Shown here: piece after piece, positions 51,001-64,000 of the stretch | Position numbering within the stretch: the first letter of the stretch is position 1 | Layout of the letters: each line of letters starts with the position of its first letter | Assembly (NCBI GenBank): GCA_028826165.1 | Contig: JAPDFW010000123.1 | Location: 62,001 to 126,000 of the forward strand | DNA length: 64,000 nt | Reading direction: 5' to 3' | Source of the DNA: Anaeramoeba ignava BMAN | Lineage: Eukaryota; Protista; Anaeramoebae | Notes under the pieces: model-generated | Told to the model about the DNA's origin: nothing | The model's input: only the letters and a program-made list of their open reading frames with translations | The model's database searches: none | Program-made: the position numbers and the translations under genes

Positions 51001-53325
51001 ATTTATAAATATTTAATTTAATTTAATTTAATTTAATTTATAAATATTTGATTTGATTTAATTTATAAATATTTAATTTGATTTAATTTATAAATAATTG
51101 ATTTGATTTAATTTATAAATATTTGATTTGATTTAATTTATAAATATTTGATTTGATTTAATTTATAAATAATTAATTTATAAATAATTAATTTATAAAT
51201 ATTTAATTTATAAATATTTGATTTAATTTAATTTAATTTAATTTAATTTAATTTAATTTATAAGTATTTGATTTAATTTAATTTAATTTATAAATATTTG
51301 ATTTGATTTATAAATAATTAATTTGATTTAATTTATAAATAATTGATTTGATTTACTGCCCTTCAGTTGCACAAAAATGTATTGGTGTAGCTTGAAATAT
51401 ATTGTTAAAATTTATATTCGCTTTTGATGAAACTAAAATTTCTACACTTTTTAAATTCCCTATTTGTGAAGCCTTATGTAATGGCGTTTCAAAAAAATTA
51501 TCTATTAAATTAACATCAGCTCCATTATCAAGAAGTAATTTTAAACATTCGGGAAAATCTACAGCAAGATGAAGTGCTGCAAATCCTTCATTTGAACTAC
51601 GACTATTGATTTCAATCTCTTTTTTTGATAAAATTTCTTCCACTTTTGAAATATCATTTTCAAGAACTGCAATATGAAGTTCATTCCATCCTCCAATAGA
51701 ATCATCTTCTTCAATACTATCATCAAAATCATCACTTTTTTTCTTGAATGTAATGGTTTTTATTAATGTTTTCATACACATTTTTATCATAATTAAAACA
51801 CATTTTTTTTGATTGCGATTAAATGATGAATAAATAGGTGTTTTTCCTGATCTACTTTGATGAGAAGGTGAAGCTCCCTTTTGTTTTTTTTTTGTTGATT
51901 CAGGTAAATATAAAATATAAATATATTTGTTTCATCGTTTAATTTACTTTTTGAATAAGAAAATCAACAATTTCTGCATTTCCATTATATCCTGCCCAAT
52001 GTAACGCAGTATAACCTTCTTGATCTTCTTCATCAACTGAAACACCTAATTCTATTAATTCCCGACATCCTTCTAAATATTCATATTGAGTACACAGTAT
52101 TAATGGTGTTATTCCACTATTTATTTAAAATATTTTAAATATTTTTGAATATTTTAAATATTTTTGAATATTTTTAAATATTTATTTTTGAATATTTACT
52201 CATTCTCTTTTGTAAAAAGATCAAATGAAAGGTTTTCACTTGCTAAAACCTCTTTTAATAAAGATGTATTTTTTTGTTTAATTGCTTTTGCTAATTTCTG
52301 AAATGATTTGAGAATTTTAATAAAATAATAAGTTAAATATTTCCATTTTAAAATTTTGGAAAAAAAAATAAAATAAAATAAATGAAATAGAAAGTACTTT
52401 AATTGGTGATTGAGGTTCATTAGACATTGAAAATTGATTCTTAAATAATTCAAAATCAAATAATGCTTCATCAACTAATTTTTAATTTTTAATTTTTAAT
52501 TTTTATTTTTTATTTTTAATTTTTAATTTTTAATTTTTAATTTCTAATTTCTAATTTTTACAACTTCTAAAAGAGCTTCTAGATGATCTTCGATATGATA
52601 TTGGAGTTTGTGGATCATCTTGAGAAGATCTCTCACTATTTTCTGAATCTGTAAATACTGAACCTTTTCAAATATTTATTTTTATTTTTATTTTTATTTT
52701 TATTATTTTTTTATTTTTTTAAATAATATTTTTTGATTTAAATTTTACTTTCAGAATAATTTTTTGAAGAAGTTGAACGTTTTCTTCTTTTTGTTTTAAT
52801 TTCCTGAATATCTAAAGATGGAGCAACAGGTTTTTTTCCTTTAAAATAAAAATAATATTTTGTCATTTAAAATTTGATTAAGAAATTTTATTTCAAAAAT
52901 TATATTTACTTTGATCAACTTTTTCTCTTTCAGAAACAATAACAGTTTTACAATTCGAATCAATTCGAACTTTTTCTGTTGGTAAATATTTTTTTCCACA
53001 AATTTGAAGATATTCAATCTTTTATAATTTTTATTTTTATTATTTTTATTTTTATTATTTTTATTTTTAAAGAATAAATATATAAATAAAAATAAACTTA
53101 CATTTAATGGTTTATCATTTGGAAAATTTTCTTTAAATGCATCTAATATAATATTTAATAATGATTTTGTATTTTTTCTTGATTTTGTTGAAAGTTCAAA
53201 AACACATTCTCTTGAAGGAATTAGAATCTATAAAATAAAATTTAAAAAAGAATTTTTCGTAAATTTCAATTATTGAATTTAAAAAGAAATTTTTGAAATG
53301 TTTTTCAAACTTTAATAATATTCAT
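48045..53325 (-). CDS. Multi-exon ankyrin-repeat protein with a small N-terminal (possibly ubiquitin-like) domain
   Basis: Many G.TPLH.A repeats in exons 52118-51948, 51877-51357 and 49758-48045. Short upstream exons from ATG 53325 splice in frame via GT-AG introns. Confidence 0.85.
49759..51356 (-). repeat. 1.6-kb ankyrin-gene intron built of AT minisatellite (ttataaataattgatttaatt-type units)
   Basis: GT at 51356 and AG at 49760-49759; splicing restores GH|VECMNVLL. Confidence 0.9.
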
Positions 53326-53793
53326 TTTTATTATTTCAAAAAAGAAAAATGAAAAATGAAAAATGAAAAATGAACAAATTTTAATTTTTATTCCAAAAAA
53401 ATTTAAAAAATTGAAATTGAAATTGAAATTGAAATTAATTTTGAAATTGATTTTGAAATTGATTTAGATTTTGAATTTGATTTTGAAATTGAAATTGATT
53501 TTAAAATGGAAATTGAATTTGATTTTGATTTTGATTTAGATTTTGATTTTGAAATTGAAATTGAAATTGAAATTGAAATTGAAATTGAATTTGAATTTGA
53601 TTTTGATTTTGAAATTGAAATTGAAATTGAAATTGAAATTGAAATTGAAATTGAAATTGAAATTGAAATTGAAATTGAAATTGAAATTGATTTTGAATTT
53701 GATTTTGAATTGATTTTGATTTTGAATTGATTTTGATTTTGAAATTGATTTAGATTTTGAATTTGATTTAGATTTTGATTTTGATTTTGAAAT

Positions 53794-56700
53794 TTAATTA
53801 AATTCAAAAGAATTAAAAAATAATTTCCCATCTACAGTTCCAACAATAATAAACCGCTCAGATTCAGAAATCTCTAAAGAAAAAATAGGAGAACCAATAT
53901 TGATCTGATGAACCAAAAGAAGATCATACAAAGAACGAATCTCAACAAAACCTTTATTGCCTCCAAGAATAATAAAATTGTTATCTTTTGAAATTTGAAG
54001 AGAAGAAATTTGTTGATAACAAGGAATTTCCTTCAGAAACTTCCCATTAATAGAAAACAATCTAATCATCATATCCTGTTCAGAATAAACAACAACATAT
54101 CCTCTAGAGGAGATCTTGAGAGCAGAAACAGGATTTTGTGTACTAGAAGAGAATGTACGGACATATTCGCCTTCCTTGAGAGTGGAAATAATGCAAGTTC
54201 CATCCTTAGAGCCACTGATAACAATATTTAGCTCAATGCTGATATCAACGCAAGACACTTCATCGTCGTGTCCAACTAAAATGTGAACAGGATTGCGTTT
54301 CACTTTGCCTTTTTTGGGATCGAAGCGCCAGACAATAACTGTTGTGTCTTTGGATCCTGTGACAAGAACACTTTTTTGGATCGCTAAACAAGTTACAATA
54401 TTCTGATGTTTTTTAACGTTCTGAATGATTCGGAGATTCTCAATGTTTATTGATTTGAACGAACAATCCCAGAACCCGCAGCACATAAGACAGTGGTTTG
54501 TTGTGGAAAGAGCCATGCAGTTCGAAAAGTTCTTCATGTCTCGACTAAAAGAAATCGCAAACGACTTTCCTGTGCCAGCACTGCGCTCTTGATCAAAAAG
54601 AAACGGGAACGATGTCTTTGATTCAGAGAGCGGGATCCACTCTCCGTTATGGATAACCCGATTTTTGTCGACAAGCACAACTCTTCCAAAAGATCCAAGA
54701 AAAGATAGGTTCTGATGTGACCCAATCAACTTGACAAAGACAATCGGGTTCTCGGAAATCTGGAGAGAAAACATGTGCGTAGGACTTGATATATTTGTGA
54801 AGTTCCAGAGTGTCTGTCGGACATCAAAATCCACAATTGAAATTCTTTTGGGATGTTTTTTATAAAAAAGTTGAGTTGGTGTTTGTCCGTAGTTCTCGAT
54901 TTGCGACTGCACTGAAAGCAGATCGCGCGGATCAATCTTGTCAAAATTCACAAGGTTCGGATACGTCAGATAATGAAACACATTGTTTGCCTTTTCGGCC
55001 TCTTTTCCTTGTTGTTGATAGCCGAATATCAAATCAATCCATTGATTCAAATTTTCGGAAACATATTCACTTTCAAGTGCATCTCGGTTCATCCGAATGA
55101 ACTCCTCAGGTGAAGAAGCCCAACGAGGAAGCTCGACATCATCGAGAACCCGATTCGAACTCTGCAAAGCGCCGAGATCCAGACTGTTCGAGTTCTCCAG
55201 GAAATCAGGCAAATAGAAAAATTCGGGAATCAATTCTTTAAGATCAGTTGGATTTCTTAAACAATTTTGCCATGCCAATTCTAGTGAGTGAAAAATCCGA
55301 TCAGGCCTGTCGAATTTCCCTCCTTGATATTGCACCGCAAAGCTTGTGAAGGGTTCCATCCGAATAAGATACCACAAAACAACGCCAGGACTTGAATAGT
55401 GAGTTCCATAAAGAAAAGGCATCATGTCATCATTGAATGAATTGTATCTTTCTTTAAAGGATTTCAGTCTCTCCTCATTAAGTGCCCCAATAGGCTTGGA
55501 AAGATCGCGGAAATTTTCTGTATTTTTCAGATCAATTACTGATGAAGTATAATTCGAAAGAACCCACGGAAATACTGGATACTGTCCAAAATCATTGTAA
55601 CTTCTGCCGGAAATTGTGTTCAAATGCATCAAATATTCGAAATTCGAAATTTCTCTTTTTCGCCACTTCTTTTTCAATCCTAATTTTCGCAAGTAACTGC
55701 GTGGATGGCCCGTGAAATACTGCACATTTCCGCGACTGCGAACGTGTTTGTGCGAGATGATTTTTCGGAAAACTTCTTCCGATTTGGTCTTATTTTCTAA
55801 ATTTATCAGGAGACTTCGTCCATTTTGAAAAAAGATTTCAATCGCAGTTTCCTTGTGGATATATCGTCTGAAAAACACTGCAATAATCCATGCCATCTGC
55901 CAATAGTACTCCTTTCCGCCGCCTGTGTTTGTATAGACTTGCTGATCAACCTCCTCTTTTTTGGACACAACCAAAGAAAGAAGACTTGTCGAAATTTCCA
56001 GCATACTTTCTTGTTTGTTCAATCCATATATCCGCCAGCAATTGCAGCGGTACAGCGTCTCCTGGACTTGCTCTCCTTCCTTCATAGACAGCGCCTGTAT
56101 CTTATTGCGTTCAGTCTCGATATCTTGCTCAAATTCAACTGACCGATCACTATCATTTGTATCCGATTTTGGACCTGCCCATTCCGTTGTGCTTTGGCGA
56201 GTCTCCTTCTTCTCTGCTTCGTTCGATCTTTCCAATATCCTTTGAAGTGTAGTCATTGATTCTTTGGCCTGTCGAGACAATTCACGTTCTGTTTCAAGCA
56301 CAATAGGTGACTCCACTGACTCCATGTTTCTGCCTCGACTGATTCCCGCTTTTTTGTGATCTTTGTATTTATGATTTGGTTTGAGCTTGATCCGTCTTCG
56401 CAAATGATCCTCGCTGAAATCTAACTTCCAGTGCAGTTTCTGTTTGCTGAGCTCATCGCTCCATGGTCCTCTTCCGTATATAATTCCTCTCAAAATCCGG
56501 TTGCATTTTTTCTCCACAAACCGATATTTTGCTGATCTTTGTATATTTTGCTTGTCAATCCGATTCCGTTCTTTCTTGACTAATTTTTGGATCTTCTTCT
56601 TGATTTCAGCTCTTTTTGTCTTCGCAAACAATCTGTTGATTTTGTACTCGTTCTCGAGAATATGCTTCACATTTTCAACAACAATCGCTTGTCTGTCGTT

Positions 56701-59700
56701 GTATTCCTTGTTGCGTTTCATGATTTCTTCATAGATTTTTTTCCTCTCCTCAAGGAAATTGTGAGACAATAAAGCTTTCCAATCTCTTCCCATAAATATT
56801 TGCATGAGATACGCTTCGTTTGAAGAATCCAATTTTGTTGTTGTTGTTGTTGTTTCTTTTTCAAAAATATTTTTTCCCTTTTGTTTTTCCAAATGAGAAA
56901 AAATGTAATTCCGTGATTTTTGTGGTAATAAATTAAACATGAAAGCAACATAAATTAAACACAGTTGCTTGTTTCGATCTTTTTCCTCAAGCTTTTCTTC
57001 TTCATTGATTCCTTCTTTTTTGTTTTTCATCAACTTATTCAATTCCACTTTGATTTTCTGGATATTTTCGTTTTCTTCTTCAATTTTCAATTCATCAACG
57101 TTTTTCAGCTCAACAAAGAAAAACTTCATCAAATGTGAAAAAACAACAAGAATTATCCGTCGTGTTCTCTCGTTGAGTTTATGGATCTTGATTTTTTGCT
57201 CAAGAAACTGTTCCAGAATTCCAAGATACTTAATTTTTTTCTTGGCTTTCTCTTCAACAAACACAATATTCAGCAAAAACTCCAAAACAATATCATTTAC
57301 AAGATGTGCTTTTGCTTGATCACCAAATGGAATTGCCTTTTTCTCAAAAAAATGCATTTGATCCAGAACTTTAACCAATATCTTTGTCAAATTGTCGTAT
57401 TTATTTCTTTGGCTCGTTCTTTTTTTCTTCATCCAATTCCGTTGGAAAATTTTTGCCAAATTTTTCTCATCCATTCTCTGTTTATTGAATTGGATTGCAT
57501 TTAATGATGTTGCTCTATTCAATGGGCTCATCAGTGATTGCGTGGGTTTGGGCTGACTTTCATTCCACGATTTGTTGTGGAAAACATCCAAAAATACTAT
57601 TAATTTATACATATTTTCAATAAATATCTTGTTGATTTGCAAATATTTTTTTTCATCTGCTTCTAATTTTTCCAGGATTCCTTCGAATATATCCTCAAGA
57701 AATTTGAATATTAGTGATTCGTGATCCATGTTTCTTTTGGAAATGAAAAACAAATTTATCAATGATATTGTTGTTTCAAGATGTTTCCATCCATCCTTGA
57801 TAAAAAAAATTGAATGCAAGTGCAAATCTTTAAATAGACTTAAAACTTCCTGACTCAACTCCAATATTGATTGCTGTGAATCCGTATTTATGTTGCTAAT
57901 CTCATCAATATTTTGATTTATATTTTTTGTTTTTGATTTGATAAAGAAGCTTTGTGATTTCCACAAACGTATTTTATGAACTCTTTCTTTTTCATCACTT
58001 TCTGTTGTTGTTGTTGTTTGATCATCAGAAATAACACTTATATCCAAATCACTCAAACGAACCTCCTTTTCTTCTTCCAAATCTCCCAAATTTTCACTTT
58101 GATTTCCATTAGATCTTGCATCCTTGATATGCTTCCCTTGTTGATTTGGAACAATCCCAATTAACTCAATCATCCATTTTTGCCATCCAAATTGAGAAAC
58201 AAAAATATTTTTGTTTTGTTGATTCCACAAAATAATGTTTTTTGCTGCTTTTAAAACATCGATTCCCAAATGGTTTTGGCTTGAGCCAATAAGTTGGAAA
58301 ATTGTTTTGAAAATGAATGTGTTTTGGATATCCCATTTATGGATTGTGATATTCCCATTATTTTTGGTTTTGCTCTTGTTTATATTCTTCGTTTTAGATG
58401 CTTTCTTGTTCACAATCAAAGAAAAAAGTGTATTTGCAATTGGTGTTGTTAAAGGATACTTGACCAAAATATCATGAATAAGATTAAATCCCGAATGTTC
58501 AGATACTCGTGATTCGAGTTTCATCTTTTTTTTCAAGATTTGGTCATCGTTAAAAACAACAAAATATTCTTCCAATTTGTTGATAATTTGAAGGCAATTT
58601 TCTCGAATTGAATCATCTTGAGTATCCATTAGAAAAATAAACAAATCCATAAATCCAATACTTGGGAGAACTTCTCCAAACAGTTGTAAATCCTTTGTGA
58701 ATATTCTCTGAATAAGTTGAATAATTTCATGAATAAATTCCGTTTCTTGCGAGACAAAACAACTCACAAGAAGAAACTCCAAATTTACACTTGAATTGTT
58801 TAATTCTGAAATAGAATTCATCATCAATTCAATTATATGAAGAAACTTTGTTCTCATTTCGCGTATATCTTGTGTATTTGGTCTTTTCTCAAAAAATTCA
58901 CCTGCCATTTTCCCTATTTTATCCTCTTGACATCTTGAGTATTTATCTGGTTTCAACCAATAATAAACTCTCATAATGTCAACCAAATCATGTACTTTTA
59001 TCACAACATCCTCTTTCTTCTGAGAACAACTTATCAACATTGAAAATACTGATAGAACTGCTTTTTGTATCTTTGGTCGGCAATAAATCCAAATATCAAA
59101 ATCCATCAAAAAATTTTCAACTAAATCTCTTCTGAATTTTTTGTCTTGTGTTTCAATTAGTAGTTTTTGGATTGAATCAAATATTTTGCTTGAAAGATTT
59201 TCGGAGTTTATTTGTTTAAGGAAATAGGAAATCATTGAGAATCCTGATGATGTTATCATGTCTTCTTGGTTTTGTTTGTTTCTTATCATCATTTCTGTCA
59301 AAGTGATAAAAACAAGTGAGCAAAACATTCTGTTTTTTTTTCCATTATTTTGATTTATATTTTCATTTATATTTTCATTTGTATTTTGATTTATATTTTC
59401 ATTTGTATTTTCATTTATATTTTCATTTATATTTTCATTTGTATTTTCATTTATATTTTGATTTGTATTTTCATTTATATTTTGATTTATATTTTGATTT
59501 ATATTTTGGTTTATATTTTGATTTATATTTTGATTTATATTTTGATTTATATTTTGATTTATATTTTGATTTATATTTTGATTTATATTTTGATTTATAT
59601 TTTGATTTATATTTTGATTTATATTTTCATTTATATTTTGATTTATATTTTGATTTATATTTTGATTTATATTTTCATTTATATTTTCATTTTACGTATT

Positions 59701-62700
59701 TTCATTTATATTTTCATTTATATTTTGATTTATATTTTGATTTATATTTTGATTTATATTTTCATTTATATTTTCATTTATATTTTCATTTATATTTTGA
59801 TTTATATTTTCATTTATATTTTCATTTATATTTTCATTTATATTTTGATTTATATTTTCATTTATATTTTCATTTGTATTTTGATTTATATTTTGATTTA
59901 TATTTTGATTTATATTTTGATTTGTATTTTCATTTATATTTTCATTTATATTTTGATTTATATTTTGATTTATATTTTTGGTTTATATTTTCATTTATAT
60001 TTTGATTTATATTTTGATTTATATTTTGATTTATATTTTGATTTATATTTTGATTTGTATTTTGATTTGTATTTTGATTTATATTTTGATTTATATTTTG
60101 ATTTATATTTTGATTTATATTTTGATTTATATTTTGATTTATATTTTGATTTATATTTTGATTTATATTTTGATTTATATTTTGATTTATATTTTGATTT
60201 ATATTTTGATTTATATTTTGATTTGTATTTTGATTTATATTTTCATTTATATTTTCATTTATATTTTGATTTGTATTTTGATTTATATTTTGATTTATAT
60301 TTTCATTTATATTTTGATTTATATTTTGATTTATATTTTCATTTATATTTTGGTTTGTATTTTGATTTATATTTTGATTTATATTTTGATTTGTATTTTG
60401 ATTTATATTTTGATTTATATTTTGATTTATATTTTGAAATTCAGCTTCAGGTTGTTCTATTTGTACTAATAATGGAATAAAAATTTGAACACCTCCAATA
60501 CAATAAATTATATCTTCAATTCTTGTTGATATACACTTAAACAAGCCTTGTAATTTTGCTTGTTTTTCTAAAACACTATTTGGAGAATCATCAAAACATT
60601 CAGATTGCTCAGAAGATTTGCTATTTAAATATATAAATATCTTCTGTGTTTGATAATCAGAAAGAACTAAAGAGCTGAGTGTTTCACTCTGAAAATCTGC
60701 ATTTTCACATTCATGAAAAAGGGAATCATAAGTAGGTCCAAGTTTATAAATACCATTAATTTCATTTACAGTTAAAAAATCATCAAAAAAATACATGGTT
60801 CCAATTTGGCCATAAAAAGGATTTTCTCCAACTTCATCTTGTTGAAAAAAAAGATCAAAATTTGATCCAATTCTGTTTTTGTTCAAAACTTGGCCAGTTG
60901 GGGGATATTTTATAAATTTAGAAGAAACTAATTTCCCATCTAAATATAAAATAGCTTCTGCTGATGATGACCAGCGATTCTTTTGGTGAGTAAGAGCAAT
61001 AAAAACCCATTTTTGAAGTTGTATTTTGGTTGGGAATTTTGCTGATAGAATTTGTTCTGGATTGTGAATTTTAAGCTCGAAATATAAATTCTGCAAATTT
61101 GAATCGTGAATCATTTCAAATTGACTTGAAGGAACCAAGAACAATTCAACTCCGTATTTATCTTTGTTCAAAAAACTAAATATTCGAGGTTTGTAGCTTG
61201 GCTTTATCAAAGGAGATTCAAGACTTTCAATTCGAATCCAAGTGCAAAACGAATATCCTTTTTTATTTGGCCATGTTTGTATTTCGGGAAGATCAATAAC
61301 TGCATTTCTTCCATTAAAATCAAAGAAGGATTTGGGACCTTCTTCTTCTTTATTTCTAGATGTCATATTGTTGATTTCGCTGAGAATCAATCTGGAATAA
61401 GCAGGTCGTATTTCTCCCTCTGAACTTTTCAACAGATGGAACATGTATTTCAATTCCTTCACTGATATTCGATGAGATCCAAGAATCCCAACAAGATTGA
61501 GTATTTTCTCCGTTAGATTTTCTGTTTGCACTTGCGGAATTAATTGGAGAAGAAAATAAGAAAGTTCTGCTTCACAACAAACTGAACGATTGTGGATTGA
61601 TTTTTCGCAAATTGTCTTGAATATTTGCAAAAGTTTCAGAAAATAATATTGAAGTGAATTGTTTGAATTTTCGTTTTCAAGTTCATCTAGAATATCCTCT
61701 AGTTTCTGTTCCTCAAAAGATTCTTCAATTCCCATTTCTTGGTATGCTTCCTTTTCAGATTCTTCTTGCTGCACATTTTTTGGGAAAGGAGTGAATATTC
61801 GAAAAAGTAGAAGAACAATGTAGGGATTTTCAATAATAAAGTTATCTTCACGATCAAAAGTGATCGTTTCAGTTTTGGCAAAAAGCATACTTAGCAAACT
61901 ACGAAATATCAAATTTCTTGAATTTGTGCATTTGGCCATAATTTTGCCAAATTCAATCCATCCAACTTCCTTTTCAAATGATTTGATATTTTCCGTGTTG
62001 TGATGGAAAAGAATTCTCAGCATTCTCAAGGATTCCTTGGAGAAGAAGTTCGCGGAATTCATCCGAAACCAAAAAGACTCCAATTGTTGAGAAAATTTTT
62101 GCTAAAATGAATTGCTTTTGAACCTCCAAAGAGACTTCAGCTATGCAATTACTCATTGATTTCAGCATATCATTCATCAAATCAGATAAATATAAATATT
62201 CCTTGCTTGTTTTCTCAAGTTTTGATGCTGTTTGCTTGATGTCATTCATTTTCTCCATATATAAATACAAAAACTTCTGTAAGTGTTGAATTGCTCTTTT
62301 TCTGGTTGGTTCCGCATAATTGCTCCAAGATGAAACAATGAAAAATTGCGAATTTGCGGATCAAATAAAAAATCAAATAGCAAGTCAATATATTCTTTTT
62401 GCTGAATTATTATGTTTAAAATACTAGTTGAACAAAGTAAAAAATCAACAACTTCAAATCCAATGATCCGAATCTTGAGAAATTGGTTCTTGGAATATCC
62501 AAATGTTGGCTTCTCGTATTTATCGTCTCCCTGTTGTTTGAGATATCTTGAAAGCTTGAAATTGTAATTTCTTTGTTCTATATGGAATTTCTCAATTACC
62601 CCCAAAATAATTGGTAATGCTTTTGATTTTGCGAACAATTCCTGTATTTTGTTGTTTTTTGTCTTCAAAATATTGATTAAGATTAAAAAAATATCCTCAA

Positions 62701-64000
62701 CAATTTCCAAGTTAATTTTGTTCTGCTCCAAAAATTCAAGAAGAAAATCAAGATCTGCGATATCTCGAAACTTCAGGATGGCATAGCATATAAAAGTCAT
62801 TAAATTCTGGTTTACATGGGAAAACATCATTTGCGAGGTTGTTGATCCAATAAATTCCTTGTTTAATCTTTGATAAAAATACTGTGAAAACAACACCTGC
62901 CAAAAATGTTGATTCCTTAATGTTTTATAATTCGAGTTTTCCATTTCACTAATAAAAAATGAAAGAACATATGATTGCAGTTCTGGATCAATCAACCGAA
63001 TAAAATTTCTTGCAAATGTATTTGGAATGGATTTGTGGAATTTGTTTCTGAAAAGATCAAGAAAAATACAAAGTAATCTATCCTTCAGTGTTGAAACTGG
63101 AGAATCTGATGACCATTCATTTGATGTTAAAAGCGTGTTTTCTGTGTTCGATTTCTGAACATTTTCATTTGCAATTTCGATTTTGTTCTCTTTTTGTCTC
63201 TTTTTTTTCTTTTTCTTTTCTTTCTCTAATTCTGATCTCCAATGGTATAATGATTTCAACACAAGAAACAAATGATTGAAATGCGAATTTTTCGCTAAAT
63301 CTGGGATAAACGAATTTTCCATCAATTCCTCAGTTGGTGTATAAAAAATGGCTTTTGCCAGGATTTTTTGTGGGAGAAATAACCCTGAACCAATAAATGT
63401 AAATCAAGATGATAATAATAATATAAATATAAATATAAATATAAATATAAATATAAAAATTAAAATTCCAATCCTTTTCCTTTAAAATTAATGATAATTT
63501 TATACCTCCTTCCAAATTCAATTCAAAATATTTTTCTGATATATTTATAAGCTTTTCTTGTTTAAACTCTGGGAAAACTGCGTTTATATCAATTTTCAAA
63601 AGCACCCGGATATTTTCTTGAAGATCCTTTTCAAAAAAAATGTTTGCTTTGCTTGAAATACCAGTTTTCTTTTTGCTTTCAACCTTCAAATTTGATGAAC
63701 TTAAAACTTTTTTTAATTGTTGTTCTTTATCGCTTTGTGCAATCATTTGGCAAGACGAAACAAACGAATTGTAATTAATTTTCAAATACTCCAAATTTAT
63801 TTTATTTGCAAATCTCACACTAATCCATAAAATTAAGTCGCAAATTTTGGATATTATCACATTTTGGATAATTTTCGTTTCCATTTTTGGGAATTTCATA
63901 ATCATTTTTTGCAAAACTTGAATCAATCTCATTTTCGTTTGAAATTCAAGCATAACTGCATTTTTATGTTTGATTTTGAATTTGAAATTCTTTTCTTTTT
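53794..64000 (-). CDS. BEACH-domain protein (neurobeachin/Lvs type: ConA-like, DUF4704, PH, BEACH, WD40), 5'-truncated; intron ~63385-63504; frameshifts near 62260 and 62040 and inside the repeat
   Basis: GYSFCTWIRIE, RRYIHKETAIEIF, WRKREISNFEYLMHLNTISGRSYNDFGQYPVFPWV, FRDLSKPIGA, YGTHYS, KELIPEFFY, WIDLIFGY, YGQTPTQLF and WD40 repeats (LVTGSKDTTVIVW, GHDDEV). Confidence 0.95.
59348..60438 (-). repeat. 12-bp tandem repeat (~90 copies) encoding N-Q/E-N-I/T inside the BEACH gene
   Basis: (aat caa aat ata)n on the minus strand, in frame with the coding sequence on both flanks; no GT donor at its start. Confidence 0.9.

Noticed and set aside
48329-58477. Antisense/overlapping ORFs over the ankyrin and BEACH exons
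   Set aside because: They are expected by-products of higher GC and fewer stop codons, and carry no recognisable motifs.
14265-60480. Many ORF-track entries of poly-IL, FD, LN, IY, KI or YH type (e.g. 21272-21539, 39078-39560, 43389-43640, 46301-46753, 59316-60480)
   Set aside because: These are alternative-frame or antisense translations of microsatellites and intronic repeats, not genes.
553-62270. Widespread programmed ribosomal frameshifting (Euplotes-like) to explain the split ORFs
   Set aside because: Shifts are of both signs with no shared slippery-stop motif. At ~20770 and ~22040, comparison with neighbouring repeat copies shows a single extra base in a homopolymer, typical of sequencing indels.
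1-64000. tRNA, rRNA, snRNA genes or transposons; alternative genetic code
   Set aside because: No cloverleaf, rRNA-like, transposase/RT or terminal-repeat signatures were seen by eye, though small ncRNAs could be missed. TAA and TGA terminate genes at plausible ends, so the standard code fits.

Overview
A gene-dense, extremely AT-rich eukaryotic (protist) window with GT-AG spliceosomal introns, short intergenic gaps and abundant Asn/Gln microsatellite-derived repeats. The style plus a nuclear intein is consistent with a metamonad such as Anaeramoeba, but that is inference. About 16 genes can be read: Trm5-family tRNA methyltransferase (partial), a ~13 kb RNF213/mysterin-like AAA+ protein, a FANCM/Mph1/Hef helicase, TGS1, RCE1, VMA21, an OSCA/TMEM63 channel, an ELYS/HOS1-like nucleoporin, a TBC1D13-like Rab-GAP, a divergent mitochondrial-carrier-like protein, a P4-ATPase, NOP12/RBM34, a catalytically dead 26/29-kDa/CfaD-type papain homologue, a DUF4476 protein, an ankyrin-repeat protein and a BEACH-WD40 protein (partial). 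The standout is a 512-aa intein (17781-19316) inserted exactly in helicase motif V of the FANCM gene. Its splicing blocks are intact and resemble archaeal DNA-polymerase inteins, while its LAGLIDADG endonuclease is decayed. Also notable are the RNF213-like protein with an apparently inactivated RZ finger, a triple active-site-substituted pseudoprotease, Trichomonas-Inr-like TCATTTT arrays before most start codons, and introns inflated by nearly pure-AT minisatellites. Several genes carry frameshifts that are most likely sequencing or assembly indels. All family calls come from motif recognition by eye, not from database searches.
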